A DNA stretch of 62,987 bases, the filler included, from Hausera hauseri (Eukaryota): assembly GCA_046269625.1 (NCBI GenBank). It is 9 parts of 9 records of this genome, joined end to end, with 100 filler letters (N's around TTAATTAATTAA, not from the genome) between each part and the next. Parts side by side here need not be neighbours in the genome. Positions count along the whole stretch, not along the records: positions 22,985 to 34,526 come from JBJURY010093320.1; positions 34,627 to 39,040 come from JBJURY010593334.1; 7 more parts are not named here. One strand, 5' to 3'. Both the position numbers and the translations under genes were made by a program. Position 1 is the stretch's first letter. Every line of letters begins with the position of its first letter. Positions 24,482 through 36,916 of the stretch are shown here, piece after piece. The notes under the pieces were generated by a model, which ran no database searches, was not told the origin of the DNA, and saw only the letters and a list, made by a program, of their open reading frames with translations.

Positions 24482-24860
24482 TGTATGGACAATTAATTAT
24501 ATTAATTTAGCCGACTTGGTTAACAGTCATATACATAAACAGGAATGGTAGTGATACCCATCAGGGGTTTAACAATAACAGGAATGTAAGACAATTGTAC
24601 ATACACAAGCTTTATTAATTATTACAATAATATTCACATTGTCATAGTCTTTTAATATTGAATTGCTCAAGCATAAAATCGCGTAGATGGATTCTGTTTA
24701 TTGTAATTATTTGGATCACCAATTAATTGTTAATGTTCGGGTCATATTTTTGGGATTTGATTGATTGGAATTTAATATCTGATTTGTATTCGGGTTTGAA
24801 TTTGGATTGGAATTTTGGGTTTCGGTATTTTGGGTATATGTTAATTAACAAACCCTAACA
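24482..24860 (-). repeat. LTR-like repeat, copy 1
   Basis: Clearly alignable with 27569-27924; minus strand begins TGTTAGGGTTT and contains AATAAA. Confidence 0.6.
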
Positions 24861-24879
24861 CAATTAACCAATCACTTTG

Positions 24880-25040
24880 AGTGTAATGTGGCGACGTAAA
24901 CATTTTCTTTATGTCCATCTATTTGAAGAATTCTTTAAATAATCTGAAGAGCAATTTGTTCCGCAGTCACTGTGGATATTGACAGGGGTAACAAATTTTG
25001 AAATCCAATGGATCCAAACAGCTCTAAAACTTCCGATGAT
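24880..25040 (-). mobile_element. Integrase core remnant
   Basis: WISKFVTPVNIHSDCGTN matches the W..rFG.P..ihSD.G.nF motif. Confidence 0.55.
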
Positions 25041-27568
25041 GACGGTGATGTTACAAGGGAACTCACTCCGCTGGTAGCCGGGTTTCTAGTTGCCACCTTT
25101 TCAGGAATGTACTATTTTTGATGCTGATTGTGAATATGGAAAAATCTTTGCAATGGTGCCATGATTGTTTTGAAAAATTTAAATTTCATTTTAATAGAAA
25201 ATTAACGGAATCATGACAAATTCATTATTTTGTCAATAATTTTATAAAATATGTTTTTTAAATATTTCATTTCAAATATTTATTATTTTAAATACTTATG
25301 GTTTAGATTCACTCTTCCAATATAATTGATAAACTATTAAAGGATTTTTTATTTACCCTTCAGTTCAAATTACCCGTATTGAGTTCATCAGTACAGAGAA
25401 CACTATAGTTGCTCAATTCGCCTATTTTACATGAATTCGATACTGTTTTATTTGTTGTATTTACCACTCAAATTCCAATGAAATTAATAAATCAATGAAT
25501 TTCATCTCCACCGAAATTCTTACCAACAATTTTCATCTTTGTGCCCAACAGTCTTATAACGAATTGTAAATATAGAAAATTTTACTTATTTTTCTTGTTA
25601 TAAACAATAATGAATAGCTACAAATCTGAATATCAATTTAATGTATATAATAGCTAAGAACCGATGAGTTTTGAGCATATAAATAATTCGATCTTTAGTT
25701 TCAGAAACTCAGCCGAGGCATCTCGTTTCAGTGAGATCACATTTCACAATTAGACATTTTGAATGAAATTGACCTGAAACCTAAATTTATTTAACTTCAG
25801 AGAATGCGACACAGTTTCAATTCGATTTGTTCTTACTCAACCTAATAAGTTTTATTGGACGCGTCATGGTTTTTTTGGCAACCAACATATAAAAAAGATA
25901 AGATTAATGGGGCAATAAGAACAACTGAAGGTGATAAGTTCGCATGGCTGTCTGGTAACCGAGGTTAGCCTGCGCCTGAATTTATGGAGATTTTGATTTC
26001 TTGTCTAACAAGACAAAAGACAAGGTCACTAAGATTCAATGAGTCTTATGCTGCCTATTTAAAATACATCAAACTATATGTTTGCAATAAATTTTCTAAA
26101 GTCGTCGACACCCATTAACAGTTAATTGATTTCTGTAATGTACTTGGTTCGGATATAGTAACAAACATTAACCTCTGCTGGCGATTTCAATTATAAGAGT
26201 TTAATTCATGTAGTTATTCCAAGATCAATTTATTAACATTCATGTTGCGGTTGTCCGATGTGTTATGGCCTTAACACGGCTGCCTCAGAATCGTTTGGAC
26301 GATGATTTCCTTTCCATCATTTAACTCATCAAAACCTTTCCATCGATAATTTCCCCGATAGATATTCACTCATAAAATCGTACTATTTATCAACAATTCC
26401 AAAATTCTTATTAGAAAATTTTCAATTAGGTATTCGATTTAATTTAAATTCTCTCATGCATTTTGTTCCAAATATTGCTTAACTAACTTCAGATATAATT
26501 TTACTTTATCGACTAATTAACCGATATTTTTTGTTAATAACATTTATTTATAATACAAAATCTTAAAAAAGCAGTTAAATAAGAAATATCTAATGCTAAT
26601 AACAACTTGATTCTTCGATATAAACATCTACTTATGGCTGAGAGTACAACAAATCAGAACAAATTCTTACCATTACTATCTCATTCGAAATTCTGTTCTA
26701 TCTGATTGACATTAGTTGTATTAATCTTCCTGGGACCACTTTAATTTACAGATATTAACTAATCTATTCAATTAACTTTGGCAACTTTGATTCCTGATCA
26801 ATTCCTTTCAATTCGGTTAATCGCTGAAACTGGTACTTTGTTCTCTAAACAGACAATTCTTAGTAATTGACAACTAGTAATTCGGGAACTGATTACTTTC
26901 TCACTTCAGAAAAGTTGGCAACCGTTTAAGCAATTAATGGTTTGTAGAAAAGTCATAAAAGTTTGTCAAATTTTGCAAAAGGAAGTTTTTAACCAATTTT
27001 ATGGCAGTATTTATACTGTCCTGTTGTTTTTATTAATGGAATCAATTTTCGTAATTCCATTAGTCGGTGAGTTACTAAGGTTGCTTTAGGTAGTTGCTGA
27101 TTTGAAAAATCAACAAAGTAATTTATTTAATGAGTGCGGATGTTTTTTCTTTAAGAATGTTATAAACAATCGATTTTTTCACAATTTCGGTGGATTACGT
27201 AATCAATTTGAATTTTTAAATTTTATATATTTCTTTTAATCTAATTTCTTTTGATGTGACGATATTCACCAATGACAAGGAGTCATCGTCACCTCGGTAT
27301 CGCCCGAAAATATGCCTTGAGTGTATATTTCTTCTTTCGGCACAAAATTAATCTTTCTGATTCTATGCACATTCATTCAAATTAAAAATTTATCATTTCT
27401 TTCAAATCTCTACACATATCTTTCCGAATTTCTTCAGATATAACACCTAACTTTATACACATTCCATTAGATTGTAAATTCCTTCTGCACTTCTACACAT
27501 GTACTATTCATAAACAAATTTCAAATTTATATATCTGTGTTTGTCACAAGATTTAAATTTTAAATTAC

Positions 27569-27924
27569 TGTATTTAATTATTATCTAGCCGCTCTGGTTA
27601 AAAAATTTTATACATGAAACAGGAGTGGTAAAGATACCCGTCAAGGGTTTGACAATAACAAGAAAGTAAAACAACTATATATACAAGGTTTATTAATTAA
27701 TTATTAAAATAATATTCACATTGTCAGTCTATTGTATTTGATTGATCATAAAATTGTGTAGTCTTTATTGTTTTTATTGGGAACATAAATCAATTGTCAA
27801 TGTTCGGATCATGTTTTGGAATTGAATTGGTTGGAATTTGAAATGTGGTTTTCTGATGGTTTGTATTCGGGTTTCAGTATTCTGGATATGTTAATTCTGT
27901 ATGTGTTAATTAGCAAACCCTAAC
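27569..27924 (-). repeat. LTR-like repeat, copy 2
   Basis: Same orientation and same terminal AAACCCTAACA as the copy at 24482-24860. Confidence 0.6.
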
Positions 27925-29779
27925 AGTTTGCCGATTGTCGGGACTTAGCCAAATCCGTCAGAACCGTGCAGAATTAACAGAATTTTTCAGAATAATGCAA
28001 AGTAGCCCAGAATACCAAACCTTGCAGAATTACGAAAATTTTGTTTCAAACGCTAAAGTCTGCAGTGCTACTATTATAGACTTTTTGAGAAAAATATGGA
28101 AACCGAATTTGATTTCAGATTTTACAGCTCAATTCAACAATTAATATCATTTCCATTATCTGGCTCCTGACTCAGTTTTTCATTGTGCAACCCAATTTAA
28201 TGAATGGCTTCATTTTTATTGATTCCAGTTTCGACCTGATGTTGTTCCGTTCAATTCAGGGTTAATTTCATTTATATAATTTGGTTCCTAATCCATTTTG
28301 TCCGGTATTTTTGATTTCACTTCGATTCTTTTTATTCTGTTTTGTAGTGCACAATTATACATTTCTTTTCATTGAAAATTGATAACTAGTTTATCTATCA
28401 GATGATACTCAAATTTATAACGACCCTTGGTGACAAATCCACGGTTCTATCAGTGCGCGATTTGCGAAATGGAATGCTCGGGTCAAAAGATTATCGGGGT
28501 AAATGCAAGCACCCAGAAAGGTTGTCGACTTTTAAATGCTACGTTTTATTGTTGTTTTTGAAGGAAAACAGTGGTGTTGCCAAAAAACGACATTCGGAGC
28601 TCTTGAACATTTTGAGATCCTCTCCGAATAGTCTGCGGACATGCGTCATTAATGTTCGATTTCAGCAATTTAAGAATAGTTCTTTTTAGTCCCCACATGA
28701 TGTTGTCCCGTGGTCCATTGTGGCTGGACACAGCCGGGTGCGTGAATTCGCACAGGTCGAACCGATTGGTCGGGCCTTTGATTCCTCTTCGAGGTTTTTG
28801 CTGTAGTAGCACCCATCTGGCCAGTCTAATTCCACCGAACAGTCAATCGAAAACAGTATCAGATCACTCTTAATCATCTTTCTGAACATCTCAAAATTTC
28901 CATCCTATATAGATGGAAATTATTCGACAGTACTTCCTCGCAGTAAAATAGAAAACCTTGTGATTACAGCACAATTTTAAATTGATGAAATGCGGCAAAA
29001 ATGACCGAGTTCAAAATTAGGCAGCAATTCTCAACAATCTTCAAACATGATTTTCAGAAAATTCCAAAAAAAACAATACAAATTCAGAAAGATCATTATA
29101 GTAAAAAACATGCAGAATTCATCGACTGTTTGGCCCCAAGTACAGCATTCAATCAGATGAAATCAAAACTAGAAAAACTGTGATTTTTGTATAGACTCAC
29201 AGTAACTATATTTGTATAAAAACCATTTTTATTTGGTTTGGTTTCGTTGTAATATATTTACACATTTTTCACATGTGGAGTTGCAAGAGGGATTTCATTG
29301 ATAATAATCGGATTCGCTCAACTTTCATTCCGGAAAATTTTCATTCTTTTGTTTAAATGAATGCAAAAAATTTTTACGGACAGTTTTAAAAAGGACACAT
29401 TCAATTTTTGTCAACACAGCTCACTTAGCAGACATTTTTATCGTTTAATCAAAAATAAAATTATTTCATTTTCAATTGTATTTCAATTTTTTGTGGAATT
29501 ATTACAATAAAATTCCCCTTAATCAGAGATGTTGCAAAGAGTTTGGTGCTAGGGACCCTTCGTGGAGGTAGGTTGGTGTACCAACAAATTGAGGTTTCGA
29601 ATCCTATTTTTGACAAACTTATTTTATGCGAAGAACGAGTTGATTTGGTGCAGATCCTTAGAAGCGGAATCAATATTCCTATATCTGTGTCATCTTCGTA
29701 CTCATATCAGCAAGTAATTCATTCGTTTTGATGGATATATTCCTTGTTTCATTATCCATAGCACTATATTCCACATGAA

Positions 29780-31060
29780 CTTTATTTCAAATTTTTATGG
29801 GTTATAAATGTTTGAGAAGGCATTGCTTACAAGATGGTAAACGGGATAATGCATTAGAATTATTATAGTCTTTACCTGCTCGACAGATTATATTCATATC
29901 ATAAATCTGAAGTTTTACTTTCCAGACGCGATAATGTGTTGTATTTCGAGATTTCCAATTAAGTAGATACTTCAGCGCTTGATAATCTGTTCTCACATCG
30001 AAATTTCGTCCTAACAAAGTGTTTAACCTTCAACGAAACTGTATGTTCAAAATAATTCTTTCGGCGTTATACATAGTCAGGTGCTTCGATGCATATACTA
30101 TAATTCGTTTCTTTTAATCTTGTACATGTGATAGTACTGTTCCAATGCCATAGAAAGATGCATCGGTATCTAATAAATTTTTTCCATCTATGGTTGGAAT
30201 ACTAATCACTGGAGATATCGATAATTTACTTTTTAGATTTTCGAATGCTGCAATACTAACATCAATCAATTCCATTTCATTTGATTTTCGAAGTATTTCG
30301 TATAGCGGTTCATCCAGTCTGGCAAAATTCTTTATAAATCGTCTATAATAATTACATGGACCCAGAAATTCTTTCAACTCTTTCTTACAACTTGGTAACT
30401 TCCATTGAGTAACATTATGAATTTTTAGGGTCTGTTCCAACGTCTTTTCTACTAATGACATGACCTGGGTTGTTTACTTCTATCTATAAAAATTGGCATT
30501 TATGGGGTGCCAGTCTAAGTCCCGCTTCTAATTCGTCCAAGAACTTTATCAAGCCTTTCGTAGTGTTCTTGAACAGTTCGGCCAAATATTAAGATATCAT
30601 CTAAGAAAATTACACAGTTCAACCAATTTTCACATTTCAGTACGATGTTCATCAATCTCTGAAATGTCGCCGGAGCTGAACAGAGTCCGAAGGGCATTCT
30701 AGTAAATTCGAATTGTCAGAATTTAGTACTAAATGCGGTTTTTTCAACGTCTTCTTTATCTGCAGTTGATGATATCCGCAAGTCAAATCCGGTGTTGGTC
30801 GTAGTGTTTTTGAATTAAGCTTTATGCAATCGACACACATTGTGATGCTCCTATCTTTCTTCCTCACAGGAAAATTCTACGTGGATGTACTTGGACATAC
30901 ATTTCCGGCCTTTAGTAGCTCATCAATCATGACTTACATCTTCTAAACTATTAAGTATTCGTCTGAGTTTAAATTCGATTTGGCTATATCGTCCGTACTA
31001 ATAGTGTGTTTGACCAAATTAGTGACAACAACATCCACTCGATTTGGGCTAAAAACTGAA
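29780..31060 (-). mobile_element. Gypsy pol RT-RNase H, degenerate
   Basis: RKKD..MCVD..KLN; MPFGLCSAPATFQRLMN..FLDDILIF; FLG.CNYYRRFIKNFA; LDTDAS.YGIG.VLS; F.VRTDYQAL. Confidence 0.9.
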
Positions 31061-32199
31061 CCATGCTTGGGGTGCCGCGGTTTTCAGTTACGATCACTTT
31101 TTCCAGCATTACAGATGCACTTTTTGGATCTCTACACCATTGCAGTATCTGGCTGCTGTTGCGGTTGGTGCTGATATGTTGAATTGCCCATCCAGTCGGA
31201 CGTTAAACAGCACTCAATCTTAGAGGTAACGAAATTTCAATTCATATTTCAAGCTATGTTAACACTTGGAACACACTAACAGAAATCGACTGAAAAAAAT
31301 CCCATAATCAATCAAATCATATTACAAAATTGAAGTTTACTCTCTTGGTCAGGTTAGATATTGGAGTCAACAAGAAATTGTGAAAGAAAATGCCAGTTTA
31401 ATCGACAGCTAACAAAATTCAAATAATTTCTCCAGAAACTGTTTATAACAATACACCGTCACTGTGTCTCGAGTATATTATACACTGTAAATAAATGTGG
31501 AAGTATGCCAAATTAACCTGCCTAATCTGTGAAAAATTATATTAATGACGATGCTCACATTATCAGACATCCAGTTGTGCAAATGCATGGGTAAATCTAT
31601 ATGGTTGATTTGCCCGACTTGAAATTTTATGTTAAAAAGGCTTTTTGCTTTAAAAAGTTTTGGTTTCGTTTTTGTTGGAACTATATCTTGAAAAATTCAG
31701 CTACATTTCCTGGTTGTGTTTTCAAGTGGTTTATACAGTTGCAATTATGATCCCAGACCAGAATTTACGATATTTTAAGAAAATGGGCGCATGAATCTGA
31801 TTTTAGTCGGGGTAGATTTAAACACCCCAAAGGTTACTTATTCATTATTGACAACAAGTTTTGATTTTTAATCGATAGGCAAGCTCCTACAATCCCCAGC
31901 TTCGACAATGCTTCATTAAAATATTCTTAATTAAATAAACGTCTTCAATGTCCTGAGATTTAACCTTCATAATGAGTGATTCTACCAGTTTTTTCTCATA
32001 ATTATCGATATCCGCTAGCATGTTACATAACCGCCCATTCTTTCATTGAGTGTCAATTTCTGTGACTTTTCACTGACCACAATTTTATCCCTTGTGTTTC
32101 CCCTTCATGCATTCGAATTCTAACCCATAATCGACCCTAGATAACCATTACCAGTCCATCACTACAAAAAGATCACATTTCTAACATTACCCTTATCTC

Positions 32200-33230
32200 C
32201 AATAAATAAAAACAAATCGTTAAAATCATCTTAAAGTAACCATCCACCGCCAATCCTCTGACAAAGTATTCTCCATCATCTTGAAACCGCATATCCTTCG
32301 ATAAAATAACCGTGAAAGACAACAAAATTCCTCGAGCCTTACCTTCATAAAGATCTACATTGGTTCGTACTTTTCTTGCGGACGTTTTGGATTTATTGCA
32401 TTACCGTTTATGCTATCTAGCTAGTGATCTTCCAAATCTATCTTCTTATTCCAATCTCTCATCCTGTTGTATGGCGTTTATCGCTTTTCCCCCTTCCACT
32501 TCAATCCAACAATCCTTCTCCAACGTTCAAAGATTGTTGGTTTGATTATCTATGACATGTGTCAAGTTCAGATGCTGCGTCTGTTACTTTTTTTATAAAC
32601 TCTTTCATCACTTCGTTAAAATATCGCAGTTTTTATTTCTCGGGACAGATTTTTAAAAAATGATCACCTCCACGTTTTAAACATTTTTTAGTTTTACAAT
32701 TTTTAGAATTATGACCAACTTTACCGCACATAGCACTTAATATTTTTTTAAATACTTATTAAAAGAATCCATATTAAAAGAAGCAGAATTACCGTTTACC
32801 TTCGACCTAAGTAATTCCATTTACTCTTACTTTTTCTATTTATTTTTTCAAAACAACTATTCGCTATTGTTAATTGTTTCTTCCGACGTGACTTTCACTA
32901 GCTAGACTGCTGCATCAACTGTTTCGGTTTCGGACATTTGAGAGCTTTGGATACTGTTTTGTTCTTTAACCCTCGTGTGGGCATGGCAGCAGCGCATATT
33001 CGCTTTCGGAAATCCACGGCATTTTCGCTGGATCTTTGATACAAATTTAGAACATTTGAAATCAGTTTCGTTGGCGAGTCGGTTTTTCGTAAAGGGATAT
33101 TAACAATTATATTTCCAAAATCCGAAACTGGCATCGATTCTCCAGTATATTCTTTGGTACTCCTTGCACGGTTTAGCAGACCTGTGTCTAAGTAACTCTG
33201 AAATGTTTCCATTTCCGCCTTCATTGGAAA
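32200..33230 (-). mobile_element. Degenerate LTR-retrotransposon gag region with two CCHC knuckles
   Basis: 32640-32740 reads (C)..CGKVGHNSKNC-KTKK-CLK(R)GGDHFLKIC. Confidence 0.65.
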
Positions 33231-34626
33231 TTTTGTCTTTGAATAATTTTATAAAATTTATAACTTCCCGAACATGAAAAGGGTTATCGGTATCTTTTCT
33301 TAATTATTCGTAGCCACGATCTGTATTGTTAGAAGATGAACTCTATCAAAAGCTGTCGTGACACCATGTTCAATAAGACAAAATCAAAAATAAAATAATA
33401 CATATTAAGCAACACGTGGAATATATAAACAAACAATAATTCCATGTTATCTAACACATAATGAATCACACTGTTCAAAGAAAGGATATTAAAATGTATA
33501 TTCACGCCATTATTGATTTCAAATATGAAAATAATTTAAATTGTTTGGATAAGTATCACTAAGTTACCAACCTACAGAGTGTCTATAATGTCTAAGGTGC
33601 AGTTTTAATCATTTTACACATACCAACTGTAAAGAGAACACTAAATTTCTCATATTACAAATAAGGCTAACCATTTCACTAATAAAAGCCAATTTTTAAT
33701 TTAACACACTATATTATAAATGTTCGACTTAGATTAGCGAAAGAATGTAATATATTTAACTGAGAAAAACTCTGAACATTTGTAATGACCACACTCGAAC
33801 CGTGAAAGTATTCATGGGCGTTGATAATATCATCAAGATTTCGTATCTACAATCAGAAAGTGTTGAGGATGAGAATATGAAGAATGGAGAATTGATAAAA
33901 ATTTCACGGATTCAATACGTTAAATGTTATGTATAGATTAATTGGAATACCCCCATTTAGTCAATACTGGAAGTTTTTTGTATTACAATGGTCTTATGTA
34001 TTTGATTAATAAATGTCGTTTCAATGTATATTTTGTTAGAAATTTTGAGAAAATTTTATTTTCCACCAATTGTTTATATTTTAGCGATGAATGTGTACAA
34101 GTTGTAAAACATTTTTGTTCTTTGATCATTAATAGATCATAGTATTGTAAAATAATGTGTGCATATCATATTTGAATTACATACATCCAAAATTATGCAA
34201 AATTTGTTTTACTTTTTGGCAATCTGACAGAGAATATGTAAAATTTTATTCTGACCATTCTTCAAATCTTCATCTTCAGCATTTTCATACTGTAGATGTG
34301 AAATCCTAACGATGTTATCTACGTACATCAATATTCTAACGGTAGGAAATTGTTCACAACAACGACAGCTCCCTTGTTATACATATAACTATGACTCACA
34401 TTGACCGAATAAAGGGTAGATATTTTTTTTACTATGAGCAAGAAACCGTTTTTCAACTGTCATCTTATTTTCATCGTACGTCCGATTAGACTCATATTCT
34501 CTTCTGGATTAAAGGTGTTTATACCTNNNNNNNNNNNNNNNNNNNNNNNNNNNNNNNNNNNNNNNNNNNNTTAATTAATTAANNNNNNNNNNNNNNNNNN
34601 NNNNNNNNNNNNNNNNNNNNNNNNNN

Positions 34627-35456
34627 TTTTCCAATGCCTGATAAGACGGCATTCACCGTCGCAGCTTTGTTTGTTGAAGAAATAGTTTTTCGGTATGGTG
34701 CTCTACGAAAAATATTAACTGATCAAGGAAGAGAATTTATAAATCACATGTTTGAAGATTTATGCAAATTATTTACGATATACAAGCTTAAAACCGCTGC
34801 ATATCATCCACAAACAGATGGAATGGTAGAAAAACTGAACGGAACACTATTATCAATGTTGGCAACAGTAACGAATGATCGACAAGATGATTGGGACCTA
34901 TTTATTCCAGCCTGTATGTTCGCCTTGAGATTTGCTCCACATATAGCAACGCATGAATCTCCTTTTTATCTCATGTACGGAAGAGAACCATTACTACCTA
35001 TGGACTTGGAGTTTATACCAAACGAAGCACTAGCAAAAAATGAACCTGATTATGTAAGTTATTTGAAGGAAAGACTAACGAAAGCTTGGACCTTAGCTCA
35101 ATCATTGACATTGGATTATCAAAAACAATATAAGAAGCAGTATAACAAACATGCAAGACCCCATGAAATTCAAGCAGATGATCGGGTAATGGTTTATGAC
35201 CATAACGAAAAATGGTTTATCACCTAAATTAACTCGACCATGGAAAGACCTTATCAGGTTAAACGAGTTACGGATAACAATATTTTTGTTAACACGTTGA
35301 CTGCCATGGGGGTCACCGGTGACCGGCATAGCATAATAAAAAATTCGTGTTGGCAGTCAACGTGTTAAGAAGAAAGTTGGAAAACGTAATGATGCTGTTT
35401 GCCTAGCAGCTGAATGGTGTAAATTAACCTCTCAGCCTATATCAAAAGATAAAAAT
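34627..35456 (+). mobile_element. Gypsy integrase core and GPY/F domain
   Basis: RYG...ILTDQGREF, TAAYHPQTDGMVEKLN, SPFYLMYGR, KL.RPWK(G)PYQV. Confidence 0.93.
35293..35364. mobile_element. 72-bp piggyBac-type MITE with TTAA target-site duplication
   Basis: TTAA-CACGTTGACTGCCA...TGGCAGTCAACGTG-TTAA (perfect 14-bp TIR); excision restores the integrase frame. Confidence 0.85.
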
Positions 35457-36916
35457 TTGGAGATAAAACAACCCGAAGTGGAAAAGAAAGGTCACACAAA
35501 GCTGCCAGATATTGCTGCATCATCTTGTCCTATAACTGTTGAAAATCGTACATTATATTTGACACTTCTGTTTACTATAATTTGTTGCGGAGAAATTTGT
35601 GTTTGTCGACCAGTGATATACATGGAATGCAGACACCAAAACCAGATAACACACCTATATACAAATATTCCCCATACGATCAACACTGTTAAAATTTTAA
35701 TATTTCATATTTGGAATAAACAATCAACGGAATTCATTGGCCTTTGCACAATTGAACCGCCTGGTGGCGCATGTTTCATTCCGTGGATAAGCCTACAGTA
35801 CTGCTAACCTTTGCTCTTTTTAATCAGGAAACAACGACAATAGTTGATGGATGGGAAACACCTCGCTTACGAACACCTTCGTTTCAAATTTTCAGAGAAC
35901 CATTTTTAGTTTATCAGTATTTATAGACTGAGGGACAATCTGGAGTTTTAGTACAAATTGAAGGAATTAGATTAAATTTTACTAGGCTGATAATTACACC
36001 AAAATAATCCCTGGACGTACCGCGTTTTCCTATATATTATAATAAACCGACATGGGTTAGAATTACTATTCCGATAACTGAGACGAACATATATTTCATA
36101 CACAATTGGTTAATTCCCCTGTTCAATCTTTATATATATCAGAATCATTTTTGTGGAAAGCAGTTTCTTATTCTTCTGTTATGTTACGAACACTGTGGAA
36201 TCCACCAGCAGTGGAAGCAAATACATAGGATAACATTTATCGGTATTTGTTGGACCTTTTCCGCCTCGACTTGTGATAATAAAAAAAGAAGATATTCATT
36301 TTCGACCCTCAGTATGTCGAATCCAGTTCGCAGTTTTAGTAAAACCCTCACATCATGTTATAATTAATACTACACTAAATTTAAAACATTTATTCTCATC
36401 TAGATCATCACCACAGATAAAACCAAGAGTTACCACGTTAGACTCGGGAACTGTTTCTATGAAGCTGGTTCTCCTAACTACAACAATTAAATTTACACCT
36501 AATCAATCTTTATTAGATTTAGCAACACGTAGACACAATGCAACACGCTTTATAACTTCTAAACCTTTGGAAAAGCCCATATTATTCATTACAAATTTTT
36601 CAAATTGGAAACAAAAGCTCCCTTTTTATTTCTTTTCACGTATACCTGCCGCAACAACTAGTACACTTGTAAAATCAAGAAAACCTCATTTGCTCTCTTT
36701 TACATATGGGTTGTTGTATTCATTGCTTCAGGTATAGTAATAATAGTGTTTTCCCTCGCCCTGTATTTTAAAAGGCCTAACGAAGCGATCTATACAGAAT
36801 ATCTTAATGAAAATGAAAATATGCTACAATAGGATATTAATTTTAATCTGAATTACTTCGCGCCCGACGCGTTTGCTGGTAGGCAAGATAACGATGGTTA
36901 CACGACAGTTTTATGA
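35457..36916 (+). pseudogene. env-like type I membrane glycoprotein downstream of the integrase, fragmented
   Basis: Signal-like LYLTLLFTIICCG, Cys/sequon-containing ectodomain, Thr-rich stalk, TM FALFYIWVVVFIASGIVIIVFSLALYF followed by KR, and a Tyr-containing tail. Confidence 0.6.

Noticed and set aside
24850-24860. AAACCCTAA telomere-like motif (also 27914-27924)
   Set aside because: Single unit forming the terminus of an LTR-like repeat, not an array.
28550-28900. Possible integrase remnant on the minus strand
   Set aside because: Only faint traces of the motifs remain; too decayed to call.
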